NCBI GenBank assembly: GCA_963777315.1
Contig: CAVZQC010000002.1
Span: 160,001 to 224,000 of the forward strand
DNA length: 64,000 nt
Direction: 5' to 3'
Source: Vulcanimicrobiota bacterium
GTDB lineage: Bacteria; Vulcanimicrobiota; Vulcanimicrobiia; Vulcanimicrobiales; Vulcanimicrobiaceae
Below the pieces are notes generated by a model. The model saw only the letters and a program-made list of their open reading frames with translations, had not been told where the DNA came from and did no database searches. Numbering within the stretch: the stretch's first letter is position 1; each line of letters starts with the position of its first letter. Both the position numbers and the translations under genes were made by a program. Below are positions 47,350-58,612 of this stretch, in pieces.

Positions 47350-48432
47350 TCAATATGGATTGCGCGAATACATCGGGCTGCCGGTGCCGCGAACCGTTAC
47401 GCTATAGCGCGTTCCGGCGCCTGAGTGAGAGATCAAATCGTATGAAGAACCGGGCGCTGCGATATGCGTTACGTCTACGGTATACAGCAGCGGCCGCCCC
47501 GGCGTGAGTTGCGCCGCGCGCCGGCCAGTCAAAACATAGGCGCCGCGCGGCACGTAGCCGTCCGCTTCGCGAGCGCGCTTTACCAAGGTGGCGACGCCGC
47601 GCGCATCGACGAGCAAAGCTGCTCCCTCATCTACCGCGACGCCGTAGATGCGATCTCCGCGTACCAGGCGGTCCTGCAGCGCGCGCGCCATGAACGCAGC
47701 CAGCCTGCCGAACCGATTGCGTTGCGCAAAATGCGTGTCCGTAATCGACGAAGCCAGCGGCGGCCACGAAAAGAAGTGCGTGGTAAAACTGATGGCCCTT
47801 TCGTAGGGATTTTTGACCGCATCGGGAGATGCGACGTCTTGATCGTCGCGCAGAACTTTATCGGCTGCAACGGAATCGAAAACGACGGCTCCTTGAATTG
47901 CCAAGCCCGCGCTGCCGCCGCCCACTATTCCCCCACGCGCGTACACGCCTCGGACGGCGGCAATCAGCCCGGAGCCTTTCCATGCGACGTAGTTGGCTTG
48001 ATCGCCACCGGCAAACAGCACGGCGTCGGCGCGCCGAACGTACGCGGCCATGCGATCGACGTCGCCGCGGGTCGCGCACGGGGGAACGAGTATTTCACGG
48101 ATCGATCCGAGCTTGCTGTGGGCGTAAAACAAGTCGCTGTAATCCCGCGCGCCGGAGGCTTTGAGAATTAGCAGATTTCCGGCGCGCGTGCCGGGCGGCG
48201 CGGCAATTCGCGCGCGCATCCATGGGAGCACGCTGCCGTACGGCATGCCCATCAAACCGCCGCCGGAAAGCACCAGGCCCGGTCCGCCGGTGAGACGGTC
48301 CGCGCGCGGACTGCCCGCGGGCGCAAAGACCGTCGGCGTACATGGTGTAGAACGCGGCGCCGGTGAAGCAACTGCGCCGGCAAGCGGCGCACAGGCCAGA
48401 CAGCATAGTAACGTCAGGACGTATCGTGTCAT
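47350..48432 (-). CDS. Secreted cyanophycinase-like peptidase (S51)
   Basis: LSGGG, FAGGDQ..Y, GGGSAG, DTHFAQRNRFGRL, VDE. Confidence 0.88.
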   Translation of the reverse strand: MTRYVLTLLCCLACAPLAGAVASPAPRSTPCTPTVFAPAGSPRADRLTGGPGLVLSGGGLMGMPYGSVLPWMRARIAAPPGTRAGNLLILKASGARDYSDLFYAHSKLGSIREILVPPCATRGDVDRMAAYVRRADAVLFAGGDQANYVAWKGSGLIAAVRGVYARGGIVGGGSAGLAIQGAVVFDSVAADKVLRDDQDVASPDAVKNPYERAISFTTHFFSWPPLASSITDTHFAQRNRFGRLAAFMARALQDRLVRGDRIYGVAVDEGAALLVDARGVATLVKRAREADGYVPRGAYVLTGRRAAQLTPGRPLLYTVDVTHIAAPGSSYDLISHSGAGTRYSVTVRGTGSPMYSRNPY

Positions 48433-50405
48433 CGAAACTGCTTTCGCGGTGAGAGGTAGCGATCGAACCATGCAAGCCACTTGCCGTAAACGTCGGCCAA
48501 GCGCACGGGCCCGTTGGGCAGATGGCCGGTGGTCGGATAGGCGAAGAACCGCACGGGCACGCCGCTGTCGCGTAGGGCGTGAAACATCTCGTACGATTCG
48601 ACGATCGGCACGCGCACGTCGTAGACGTTGCCGAAGATCAGTGTGGGCGTCCGGATATTCTTGAAGTACGTTATCGGGGAGTGCTTGCGCCACAGCTGCA
48701 GATAATCGCCTTTGTACGGCGATCCGCCGGCGAACGAAACGGCATCGGCGTCGATGTCGTCGGCAATCGCGTAATCCACCACCAAATCGTTCACCGCTGC
48801 GCCGGCGACCGCAGCTTTCCAGATCTGATAGTGCGATTCCATCCACGACGTCAGCTGGCCGCCGTACGACCATCCCGAAACGCCGATGCGCGCCGTATCC
48901 ACGATGCCCAGGCGTTCAACGGCTTGGATTCCAGCCATGATGTCGCGGCCTGGTCCAATGCTGGCGTCGTTGAAGATCGCACGCTCGTACGCGTTGCCCA
49001 AATCGTTGCTGCCGCGATAGTTCGGCGCAAAAACCAAATAGCCGCGAGCCGCGGCCAGCTGGCGGAACGGATCGAATGCAACCGTGGACGATTCCGTGGG
49101 ACCGCCGTGGATGCGCAGCACCAGCGGGTATTTTCGCCCGGCAGCATATCCGGGCGGATACGTGAGCACGCCGTCTTCTGCCATGCCGCTCGCGCCGCGC
49201 CATGCGATTCGCACGCTGCGGCCCAATTGCAGCGCTGCGATATCCTGGTTGAACGACGTCAGCCGCTGCGGCGCTGCGGCGCGCGGCGAAAGCACGTACA
49301 GTTCGGCCGGACGGCTTGTTTGCTCGCCGACGAACGCGATCGTTCCGTCGCGTGCGATGCTACCGGCGGCTTGGATCGAAGCGGACACGACGCTCCCCAA
49401 AGGAAGGCGCCGCGCCGCGCCGTGCAGCGGCTGAACGTACAGCGGAGCCTGTGCGCGATCGTCGACTTGCAGCAGCAGCGACGCATCGCCGGGCATCCAC
49501 GAGAACGTATCCACGTGGCGGTCGAGCGCGAGCGACACGTCGCGCCCGTCGACCACCGCGTCCGGCTCGTTCATCGGATCGCCGCCGCGATTGTACCGGT
49601 ATGCGACGTGCAGTCCGGCGGGCGAATACAGGCCGTTGTCCTGATACCTGCGCACCGAGGTCGCATAAACGCTGCGCCCGGAAGAGACCTCCAACCGCAT
49701 GAGCGCCGACCGGTCCTGCAGCCCGTACACTGCGCTCGGCGCGCGTTCGTACAACAGCGATCGGCCGTTCGCGGACCACGAGAGCGGAGCGTCGGCCACG
49801 CTCCACGATCCGTGCGTCAGCCGGCGTTCCTTACCCGACATGCCGACGATCCACAAGTGCACGCTGTGCGGACTCTTGGTAACCAAATACGCGTTGTCCG
49901 TCACTTCGAATCCGTCGCGGAAGGCTGCGGCGCCCCTAGCCGGCGCGGCATAATCGCGCCGGGAGAACGCGATGCGATCTCCGCCGGGAGCCCAGGCGAT
50001 GTTGACGACGCTCGTCTTGCCGAACGTCAGTTGCCGCAGCGCGTCCGAGCCGGCATCGATGACGAACAGTTGATCGGCATCCTGCCCCGGCACGTCGAGC
50101 ACCGCCGCCAGGCGCGTGCCGTCGGGCGACCACGCCAGTGCATCGACGGAGCGATGGCCGTTGGCTACAGCGCGCAGCGCACCGGTTTTTCGATCGTACA
50201 GCTCGAGCGTATCGTTTCGGCGGTTCCGCTGGAAATCGACGCGCGTCGCGACGAAAGCGATCCTGGCTGCATCGGGCGAAATCGCCGGCAGCGACAAGTC
50301 GACGATGCGCTGCATCGCTGCGATGGAAAAGCGCTGCGGCGCTGCCGCCGCCGCTGCTGCAGGCAGCGGGACTGCGGCAAGCACGATCGCCGCCCAACGG
50401 TTCAT
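48429..50405 (-). CDS. Secreted S9 family peptidase (acylaminoacyl/dipeptidyl peptidase-like)
   Basis: Beta-propeller, IHGGP, PNYRGS, GWSYGG, D.RVP, GH. Confidence 0.92.
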   Translation of the reverse strand: MNRWAAIVLAAVPLPAAAAAAAPQRFSIAAMQRIVDLSLPAISPDAARIAFVATRVDFQRNRRNDTLELYDRKTGALRAVANGHRSVDALAWSPDGTRLAAVLDVPGQDADQLFVIDAGSDALRQLTFGKTSVVNIAWAPGGDRIAFSRRDYAAPARGAAAFRDGFEVTDNAYLVTKSPHSVHLWIVGMSGKERRLTHGSWSVADAPLSWSANGRSLLYERAPSAVYGLQDRSALMRLEVSSGRSVYATSVRRYQDNGLYSPAGLHVAYRYNRGGDPMNEPDAVVDGRDVSLALDRHVDTFSWMPGDASLLLQVDDRAQAPLYVQPLHGAARRLPLGSVVSASIQAAGSIARDGTIAFVGEQTSRPAELYVLSPRAAAPQRLTSFNQDIAALQLGRSVRIAWRGASGMAEDGVLTYPPGYAAGRKYPLVLRIHGGPTESSTVAFDPFRQLAAARGYLVFAPNYRGSNDLGNAYERAIFNDASIGPGRDIMAGIQAVERLGIVDTARIGVSGWSYGGQLTSWMESHYQIWKAAVAGAAVNDLVVDYAIADDIDADAVSFAGGSPYKGDYLQLWRKHSPITYFKNIRTPTLIFGNVYDVRVPIVESYEMFHALRDSGVPVRFFAYPTTGHLPNGPVRLADVYGKWLAWFDRYLSPRKQFR

Positions 50406-51931
50406 CGGGCGGCTCGCATCTCGCGCACGTCCGCCAAGACGGCGTGTGCGGCGCGCTTGCCGGGAAATCCGCTCACGCAGCCTCCGGGGTGCGCTCCCGA
50501 TCCGCACAAGTAGAGATTGCGAACCGGCGTTCTGGTAGCAAAACGCGATTCATAGATTTGTCCCGGCAGCAGTTCGCCGTGAAAGATGTGGCCGCCCGGT
50601 AGAGCAAAGCGGGTTTCCAAGTCGACGGGACTGAGGATTTGACGCGCCTCGATAGTGCTCGGAACGTTTGGGGCATATTGCCCGAGCAAGTACACGATGC
50701 GATCGGCAACGGCTTCACGTTGCGCGCGGCTCCAGCCGTCCTTGCGATCGTACGGGTAGTACTGAGCAAACACCGACAGAATGTGCTTACCCGCAGGTGC
50801 CAGCGACGGATCGGTACACGTTTGCAGAAAACATTCCAGCATCGGCTGCTTGGAGATGCCGCCTTCCTTGGTGTCTTCAAACGCTTCCTGCAGATAGTCT
50901 ATCGACGGTGCGACGTGAATGGTCGCGCGATGATGCGCCTGGGGGTGCGTGCCCGGCCGGCATTTGAAGTTCGGCAGTTCCCCCAGCGCCAGATTGAGCT
51001 TGAACGAAACGCCGGTGCTGCGCCAGCTGCGAACTTTTTGAATGAAGCCCGGATCGAGCTGCGCTTGCGCAGCCAAGTCCAAAAACGTCGTCCGGGGATG
51101 CGCGTTCGAAACGACCATTCGTGCCGACACCTGCGCGCCGCTTTCGAGCACTACGCCGCGCGCAATGCCGTCGCGCACGACGATGCGCGTAACGGCCGCG
51201 CAATCGTGCAGCACGGCGCCGTTCGCGCGCGCCGACGAGGCCAGTGCCGTCGAAATCGCGCCCATTCCGCCGCGCACGAAGCCCCAGGCGCCCTGAACGC
51301 CCAGCGCGCGGCCCGCATAGTGATGCGCCAGCACGTATCCCGTTCCGGCATCGCGAGGGCCCGCATACGTACCGATGATGCCATCGGTCGCCAAAGCCGC
51401 TTGAAGAACCGGCGTGTTCACGTAAGGCTCGATCAGCTGCGCGGCGGAACCCGTCAGCCGCCGCTGCACCGTCTGGTCGAACCGGCCAAACGACGGCTCG
51501 GGATCGGAGAACGTCTCGAACAGACGGCTGCCGAGATCGCGCACGAGCGCGTCGACTTGCGCGAACCCGCGAACATCGTCACGATCGAAAACGGCAATCT
51601 CGCGCGCATTGTCTTCCTCGTTCGAGCCGAGCAGCAGCGAACGCCCGTCCCCCAGCACGTTGAAGGTCGCGGGATCTTTGCGATACGCGCTGTACCCGTG
51701 CCGCTGCAGTTCCAATTCGTGAATCAGCCACGGATCGAGCAGCGTGCAGACGTATGAGGCGGAGGACACCTGATAGCCGTCCCACATCGGTTCGGTTACC
51801 GCGGCCCCTCCAAGCCGCTCGGCGCGTTCGAAGACTTGGACGGACAGCCCCGATTTGGCCAGCAACGCCGCGCACGCCAGCCCGTTATGGCCGCCGCCGA
51901 CGACCGCTACGTCACAGCTCGGCGAAAGCAC
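50402..51931 (-). CDS. Phytoene desaturase-family FAD oxidoreductase (PYROXD2-like)
   Basis: VVGGGHNGL, GGMGAIS, GHIFHGE, LYLCGSGAHPGGCVSG.PG. Confidence 0.88.
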   Translation of the reverse strand: MLSPSCDVAVVGGGHNGLACAALLAKSGLSVQVFERAERLGGAAVTEPMWDGYQVSSASYVCTLLDPWLIHELELQRHGYSAYRKDPATFNVLGDGRSLLLGSNEEDNAREIAVFDRDDVRGFAQVDALVRDLGSRLFETFSDPEPSFGRFDQTVQRRLTGSAAQLIEPYVNTPVLQAALATDGIIGTYAGPRDAGTGYVLAHHYAGRALGVQGAWGFVRGGMGAISTALASSARANGAVLHDCAAVTRIVVRDGIARGVVLESGAQVSARMVVSNAHPRTTFLDLAAQAQLDPGFIQKVRSWRSTGVSFKLNLALGELPNFKCRPGTHPQAHHRATIHVAPSIDYLQEAFEDTKEGGISKQPMLECFLQTCTDPSLAPAGKHILSVFAQYYPYDRKDGWSRAQREAVADRIVYLLGQYAPNVPSTIEARQILSPVDLETRFALPGGHIFHGELLPGQIYESRFATRTPVRNLYLCGSGAHPGGCVSGFPGKRAAHAVLADVREMRAAR

Positions 51932-51990
51932 GCCGCACCTGCGCGACCCGAAATTGCGCGTGCGCGGCGAGAGTGCCGCTCCCAACGCAT

Positions 51991-54900
51991 TTACAGTTTG
52001 ATTTGCAGTTGGAAGTACAATTGCAGCGGCAACGGATAGTTATAGGAATTCGTATCGCCGTACGCCGGAACGAACGGCTGCGCGAAATACGGATTGAGCG
52101 GAACGCCGTTTGCTGCCGTATCGCCCGGGCTAGACCCGTTGTAGTAGTTGCTGATGTAGAATTTGTTGTAGCCGTATCCGCAGATGGCGCTGTCCGGCGC
52201 ATATTGCGTGCTCCACGGCGTTTTCGATCCCCCAAAGCAGCGATTGAGCAGGTTGGCAATGGTCACATTGCCGGTGATCCGCGGACTGAACTGGTAACTG
52301 AGCTGCAGTCCGACGTTGAGCTGCCACGGCTGGCGGAACTGACCAAAAGTATCGAACGTGCCCGTATTCGGATTAGGAATATACAAATGCCCGGGGTTCG
52401 TGCCGCTCGCGCCGATTGCCGCAGCCTTGCACGACGTATAGTCCGCCGTTAACGGATTGGGAGCGTCTGGGATACCCTCGCTGCTCTGGTTAGAGCGGCA
52501 CGTGCGGGGATCCAAACCCTGAAAATCCGCCGGGGTTCCATAGGTCGCTCCCTGATTCAGGGTGACGGCCGGGGTGATTGCAAAACGATCGTGCTTATAG
52601 TTCAAGATCAGCGCAAACGTGTTGGGCGAGACGTACGGATAGTCCAAACCGGTATCGTACCAGCCGTATTTGTCCAAAAGCGGCTGCGGAGACATGCTGT
52701 AGTACGGATTCAGGATGGACGTCGCGCCGCAGGTGGGATCCGGCGTGCCGCTGCGATCGTTGACGTAGCAGTGAGCGCCGCCGCCCGCCTTGGTCAGCGC
52801 GTTGAAGTTTTGGATGTCTTCGTTGTAGGGATCGACCGGATTGATCGGCACCCCCGCGTAGTTGTTCCATTTTTCCTTTGAGTTCGTGTACGTGTACGAA
52901 AGCACTCCCGCCAAACCGTTTTTGTTGAAGTCGCCTTTGGTCAATTCCAGTTCGACGCCGCTCGTGCGCTCGGTTCCCGAATTGAACGACGGAGAAACGC
53001 CGAACAACGTGGGGATGTTCACCGTCTCGTACAGTTGATCGGTCGCATAACGGAAATACGGGGTCAGTTTAACCGCCATATCGGTGCCGCGGAAGTGGTG
53101 CTCGTACGACAGATCGAAGTTGTTGGAAAACTGCGCCTGAGCTTCGTGCAGAGGCGTAGTGAACCCAAAGGGAAGAAAGCCGATGAGCTCGGCGGCGAGA
53201 TTCGGCTCGAGACTATTGTACTCTATTTCGTAATTTTGCGGCTCCTGCGCAAACCGGCCGGCCGAGAAGCGCAGCACGGTGTCCGGATCAACCGAATACG
53301 TCAAACCAAAGCGGGGCGAGAAATACGTTTGAACGTACGTCGGGTTGAACTGGTCGGTGAGCAGCAAGTGACCGCCTTGGCCGTCGGGATGCACCGACTG
53401 GACGCCGTCGACGACCGGACAGGTGAATGAAACGTACGGGTTGACGTTCTTTAACGATTGCGGAGGTTCGGGCACGATAATGGGCTGCAGCGTGCTGGGA
53501 TTGTAACAAAATTCTTTCTGAGCGGCTGCATACCAAAAATTCTTCGCGGGCGAAGCGACCGGCGTTACATCGAACTCGTCGCGATCGAACCGCACGCTGG
53601 CATTCAGATCGAGTTTATCGGTGGGCCTCCATTCGTCCGTCAGTGAAACGTTGGCGAATTTCGGCGTTACCGAATTGATCGAGGCCTGGTTTCCCGTATA
53701 CGTGAGCCGCCACGCCGCGCCGGCCGAACAGGCGCCGGTAGGAATTGGATCCCCGCCGCCCGCGCCGCATGAAACCTCCTGCGGATTGCCGGCATTGGAG
53801 ACGCTGGTCGGGTCCTCGAAAACGCCCTGAGTAATCGGATCGTTGCACGGTGCCGCCTGCCCCGCGACGACGTTGTCCACGCCGTTGGCCAGCGTGCCGT
53901 CGTACGCGGCAAAGCACTGCGAGCCATTGGTAAGGCTGCTCACTTGCCAATCTGCGGTGTTGTAGTTGTTGAAATTGTAATAGCGCAGCGTCGACGAGGT
54001 GACGTAGTTGAGCGTAAAGGCCAGTTGGTTGTTGCCGCTGATCTGATCGGCGAATTGCAGCTCGGCTCCGCGCGTGTGTGCGTCAACCTCGTAGTCGTAG
54101 TTCGTGACGCCGATGTTGGCGCTGCCGTATTGGCCGGTGACCCCTTCCTGATTCGCGCCGCTTCGATTGGTGTTCGAGTAGAACGTATATCCGAATAGCC
54201 GCAGGTACGCGCTGCTGCCCAGGTTTTTTTGGTACTGCAACTTCACGATGCTGGCCTGATCCCAGCGCGCATCGCGGTAGTCGTTGGGAAGAGCCGCATA
54301 ATCTCCGGCCGGGCATGCATTGGGAATGGGCAGCGGATTGCTTCCCGCACCGGTGAGATTTACGCACCGATTTTGCGGCGATCCGGGAAACATATAACCG
54401 ATTGCGGGCGTGTTTGCCGGAGCCAAGAACGCAGTGTTGGCCGGATACGTGTAGAAATCGGGCCACTGCGGGGGATAGAGGTACGCTCCGCCGGGCAGGT
54501 TTGGATTCATCAAGCCTTGGATGAACGGGCCGGCATCGTTCACTCCGCTGTAGTATTGCCGGTACTGTGCCGAATTGCTGAAAAGCAGACTGCAGGTCGT
54601 CGCGGCCGGCATCGCCTTTGTGCGGTATTGCAAAATGCAGGTTGGCCACGGCTTCGCGCCCGTTGATCATCGAAATATTGCCGTATGCCGGGTTCAGAGC
54701 GGTGAAGCAGCCGGGGTCGCTCCAGATGGTGGCGACAGCCGGGTTCGTATAGAGATTCGGATTGGATGCATCGCACGTCGGATACACTGCCGGCCAAAAC
54801 GACAAGTTCGTCGTAATGTTGTCCACGTACGTCACCGGAAACTCGTCGGTGAGATTTGCGCCGTTAAACTGGTTCAAATACCGGAAATCTTGGTTGAACC

Positions 54901-55780
54901 CGCTCAAGCCGGCGTAATACGAGAACGTGCGTGCGGGGTTGGCGCCCCCGGCTTCAACCGACAGATCGTGATAGAACGTCGGCGAGCCCATGCGCCCTGA
55001 AACGGTGCTAAAGCCTGGGTAAGTGCCGCTCTTTACGACTTGATTGATGAAGCCCGCCAAGCCCGTCGCATTTGCGCTGGCGGGGCCGCCGCCCGTGTAA
55101 ATCTGGAGCTCTTGCTGGCCCAGCGTCGACGCCGAGTGCGCGGGATAGTTGTCGAACGCGCGGTTTACCGGAACGCCGTCGTATTCGTAGCCGATCTGAT
55201 CGTAGTAGCCGCCGCGAATGTAGACGGTTTGATTGACGCCCATCTGACCGGATGGAACGAACGCGCCCGGCATGGAGGCAATCGCCGAATACGCGTTGTT
55301 CAGTCCGCCGCCGCCTCCCAACGGCGCTGCGGCTTGCGTGAGCGCGGGGTTGATCGAATACACATCCGTGGTCACGCCGGCCTTTACCGGTGAGAGCGAC
55401 GAGCGGCTGGTGACGTTGGCAATCGTTTTCAGACTGGTGCGCATCGTTACCGGCAGCGACTGCTGCTGATCGGCGAATATCGCGATGCCGGCAATCGACA
55501 CCGGTTCGTATCCCGGTTTTCGCGCCGTCACGGTATACGTGTCCGGCATCAGCGAAACGAACACGTACTTGCCGGCCGCATTCGTGACGGCCGACGAACT
55601 TTGCGACGGGCTGGTAACCGTAACGGTGACGTTGGCGAGCGGTGCATTGTTGGCGTCGCCGACCGTACCGCTCAAACCGCCGGTAGTGCCGGCAAGCGCC
55701 GGAATCGCTCCACCGGCGAGCAGAACGCATGAAATGAGCGCCGCAACCAGTACGCGGCAACTGCGCAAACGATAAACCAT
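51991..55780 (-). CDS. Cys-rich TonB-dependent receptor, frameshifted near 54589
   Basis: Signal, N-domain and plug lie in 54083-55780; the barrel continues in 51991-54633. Removing one base gives DDLQLLFSNSAQY and about 1,262 aa. Confidence 0.82.
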
Positions 55781-55810
55781 GCCGTCCTCCGAGAATGCAG
55801 GGTGATCTTC

Positions 55811-55848
55811 AGTATAGGAAGCCCGGCTGCGCGCGGCTATCCCGGGAT
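55811..55848 (-). promoter_or_regulatory. -10 TATACT with upstream palindrome ATCCCGGGAT
   Basis: No consensus -35. The palindrome is centred about 40 nt upstream of the inferred start site. Confidence 0.45.
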
Positions 55849-55852
55849 TCCG

Positions 55853-58579
55853 CTATGGCAGCTCGTTCTGACCCAAGATGTGCGCCAGCTGTGCGCGCGA
55901 CTTCAAGCCCAGGCGCGCAAAGGTGCCGGACAAGTGATGCTCCACGGTGTGTTCGCTGATGTGCAGCCGTTGTGCGATCGCACGGTTGGTCTCTCCCTGC
56001 GCGACCAATTCGGCAATTTCCATTTGACGCGCCGTGAGCCTGACGGAGTTCTCCTTGCGTGGTTCGCGCTTGTCCAGCCGCTCGACGTCGCGCACGGCAC
56101 CCATGCGGCGATAGCACTCGAGCGCCTCAGGCAAACAGCCGGCAGCTTCGAGCGCCAAAGCTTCGTACAGAGCGTTTCCCATGCGCGCAAAATGGCGCGC
56201 CGCAGCCAGCGCAAACCGATTCGCGCGCGCGGGATCGGCCTTTATGGAAAGCGCGCCAAACAGCAGACGATAGGCGCGCCGCAGCATGGGCCGGCCCGCC
56301 GCAGTTTCGAGCAGTGCACCCGCCAGCTCGACGTCTTGCGGATCGCCCCATTGCGCGACGGCGACGAACAACTCCCAAGCGCGATGCGCGTACGGAATCG
56401 CTCGAACGCCGTGCGCGAGCAAGGCTCGCGCTTCCGCACGGGCCCCCTGCGCGACGCGCAAGCCCGCAAACGCAGCCGTAACGGAAGCGATGCGCTGAAT
56501 TTCTGCCGACTGCTGCGCCAACTCCAGGGTTGCGTCGTCGGTGCAGGCGTCGAGAAGGGCGCGGTCGTTGAGCAGCAGCGCCAACGGTATTCCCACGCTG
56601 GCGGCTTTGGTTTTGAAGGTCGCGGTGGTTACGCCGGAGTCGAGTGCTTCCCACGTCAGCGCCCGCGCGCGTTCCAGCTGCCCTTTGAACGTGAGCGTGC
56701 GCGCATAATTGAGCGACGAATAGGCGATGCGCCACATCAAGCCGGTACGATGCGCTTCGTCGACTGCGATCTGGTGCCGCGCCATCGCCAAGTCCAAATC
56801 GCCTAAATCAAAGGCCGCCAGCGCGAAGTTGTTTTCGATCTGGGCGATCAGCTCGCTCACCCCGCTTTGCGCGGCAAGCCGCGCCGCGTCGCGAAAGTCG
56901 GCCAATGCGGGCTGCGTGCGGCCGAGCACGGCGTTGGTTTCCCCGCGAACTTCGTGCCACGCGGCTCGAGAGCCGGCGTCGAAGTGCGCGCGCAGGGCGT
57001 CCACCGCTTTGAGATGCGCGAGGCTTCGATCGACCTGGCCCAGAGTGATCGAAAAGCGCGCCACCGTGAGCAGCGCCTGCGCGTACATCTGCATGTGGCC
57101 CAGCCGCTTGAGCGCGACCGCCGCTTCGGAAGCTGCCCGCACGCTTTCCTGCGTACGCGCGTCTACCCAGCTTTGATCCGCCTGCAGCAGCAACGCGTGC
57201 GCGGCGCCGACGGCGTTGCCGCACGCATCGTACTCGCTGCGCGAACGCGCGAACCAGTGCGCGGGTTCTTCGCCGCAGCCGTCGATATTGAGCAGTACGC
57301 CCAACCGCTCGTAGACGGCGGCGCGCTGCGTACCCGGCGGATATCCCCATCGCAGCGCGTCGGTATAGAACCGGATCGCGTCGCGGTATGCGTATACTTC
57401 CCACGCCGACTGCGCTGCCGCCTCGTTCCAGAGACGCGCTTTGTCCGCAACGCGCGCTGCCGACCAGTGATACGCCAGTTCGGCCGCGCGCCCGCGCGCG
57501 TCCGGCAGCGCTTCGATTTCCTGCGCGATCCGCACGTGCAGCGGCGCAGCCAGCGCAAAGACCAACTGGTCCGCGAGCGCTTGGCGGATGAGTCCGTGGC
57601 GAAAACGAAAGCGGCTTTCGGATTGCGGGAGCTCCTGGAGGAGACCCGATGCGACAGCGCGTTCCAGAACGCCCAGCACGTCGGCGGCCGCGTGACCGGA
57701 TATTGCGCTGAGCAACGATGCGGAGAAGGTTTCTCCCACAACCGCAGCCCGGAACAGCATGCCGCGCTCGCGCGTCGAAAACGGCTGCAGACGTTCGCTC
57801 AAGATCGCCTGCAGCGTCACGGGCATCTGCGCTTGGAACGCCAGTGCGCCGTTCTCGAGCGCAACGCGAGCGAGCTCTTCGGCGAACAACGGATTGCCCT
57901 CGGCAAGTGTTTCGATTTGGGCGACCATTGCCGGGTCTAAATGCAGCCCGCGTTTCTGCAGCGAAGCTTGCACCAAGCGCTTGATCTCGTGCCTGCGCAG
58001 CGCGCGTAACTGGATCGTCGCAGCCCGGCTGCGCGACGCCGCGCTGCGCAGCGCGGCCGCCGCCGGATTGGGCGAGAGCGCTTCCGCTCGCAGCGTGACG
58101 ACAATAAGACAGCGCGTACCGTGAATGCGCCCGAGCAAAAACCGCAGCAGCTCGATGCTCGCGCTGTCGGCCCACTGACCGTCTTCTATCGCGAGCGCAA
58201 CGGGACGTCGAGCGGACTCGGCGCGCACGACTTCCGCAACTGCGTTGAAGTAGGCCCATTTTTCGTCGCTGTGCGTTCCCTGCTCGCGCGGTTTGAGTGC
58301 CGCCAGCCGCGCGCGCGGATCCAGCCGTTCGACGATTTCGGTAAACGGCAAATAGGGCGCCCGCACATGCTCGACGCAATAGCCGGCGGCGATCGTCGCA
58401 CCGTGTTCGATCCGTGCGAAAAATTCGTGCAGCAAGCGAGACTTGCCGATTCCCGCATCACCTTCGACGGTCAGAAAACGCACGCGCGAATCGCAAGCGG
58501 CTCGGAACTCTTCGCATAAGTACTCGAGTTCGTCGCGCCGCCCGACGAACTCGTCGCTGTAGAGCGGTTTGGAAATCAT
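55853..58579 (-). CDS. Large ATP-binding LuxR-family regulator (AAA-TPR-HTH, STAND/LAL type)
   Basis: FVGR..EL, GDAGIGKS, EDGQWAD, EGNPLF, FRHGL, LTARQMEIA..G.TN.AIA..L.ISEHTV. Confidence 0.92.
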   Translation of the reverse strand: MISKPLYSDEFVGRRDELEYLCEEFRAACDSRVRFLTVEGDAGIGKSRLLHEFFARIEHGATIAAGYCVEHVRAPYLPFTEIVERLDPRARLAALKPREQGTHSDEKWAYFNAVAEVVRAESARRPVALAIEDGQWADSASIELLRFLLGRIHGTRCLIVVTLRAEALSPNPAAAALRSAASRSRAATIQLRALRRHEIKRLVQASLQKRGLHLDPAMVAQIETLAEGNPLFAEELARVALENGALAFQAQMPVTLQAILSERLQPFSTRERGMLFRAAVVGETFSASLLSAISGHAAADVLGVLERAVASGLLQELPQSESRFRFRHGLIRQALADQLVFALAAPLHVRIAQEIEALPDARGRAAELAYHWSAARVADKARLWNEAAAQSAWEVYAYRDAIRFYTDALRWGYPPGTQRAAVYERLGVLLNIDGCGEEPAHWFARSRSEYDACGNAVGAAHALLLQADQSWVDARTQESVRAASEAAVALKRLGHMQMYAQALLTVARFSITLGQVDRSLAHLKAVDALRAHFDAGSRAAWHEVRGETNAVLGRTQPALADFRDAARLAAQSGVSELIAQIENNFALAAFDLGDLDLAMARHQIAVDEAHRTGLMWRIAYSSLNYARTLTFKGQLERARALTWEALDSGVTTATFKTKAASVGIPLALLLNDRALLDACTDDATLELAQQSAEIQRIASVTAAFAGLRVAQGARAEARALLAHGVRAIPYAHRAWELFVAVAQWGDPQDVELAGALLETAAGRPMLRRAYRLLFGALSIKADPARANRFALAAARHFARMGNALYEALALEAAGCLPEALECYRRMGAVRDVERLDKREPRKENSVRLTARQMEIAELVAQGETNRAIAQRLHISEHTVEHHLSGTFARLGLKSRAQLAHILGQNELP

Positions 58580-58612
58580 AGGCGATTGGACTTGTGCTTC
58601 GAATGAGGCCGC

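Noticed and set aside
50402..51931. Carotenoid biosynthesis gene crtI
   Set aside because: Motifs fit the PYROXD2-like branch and no crtB/crtE genes are nearby.
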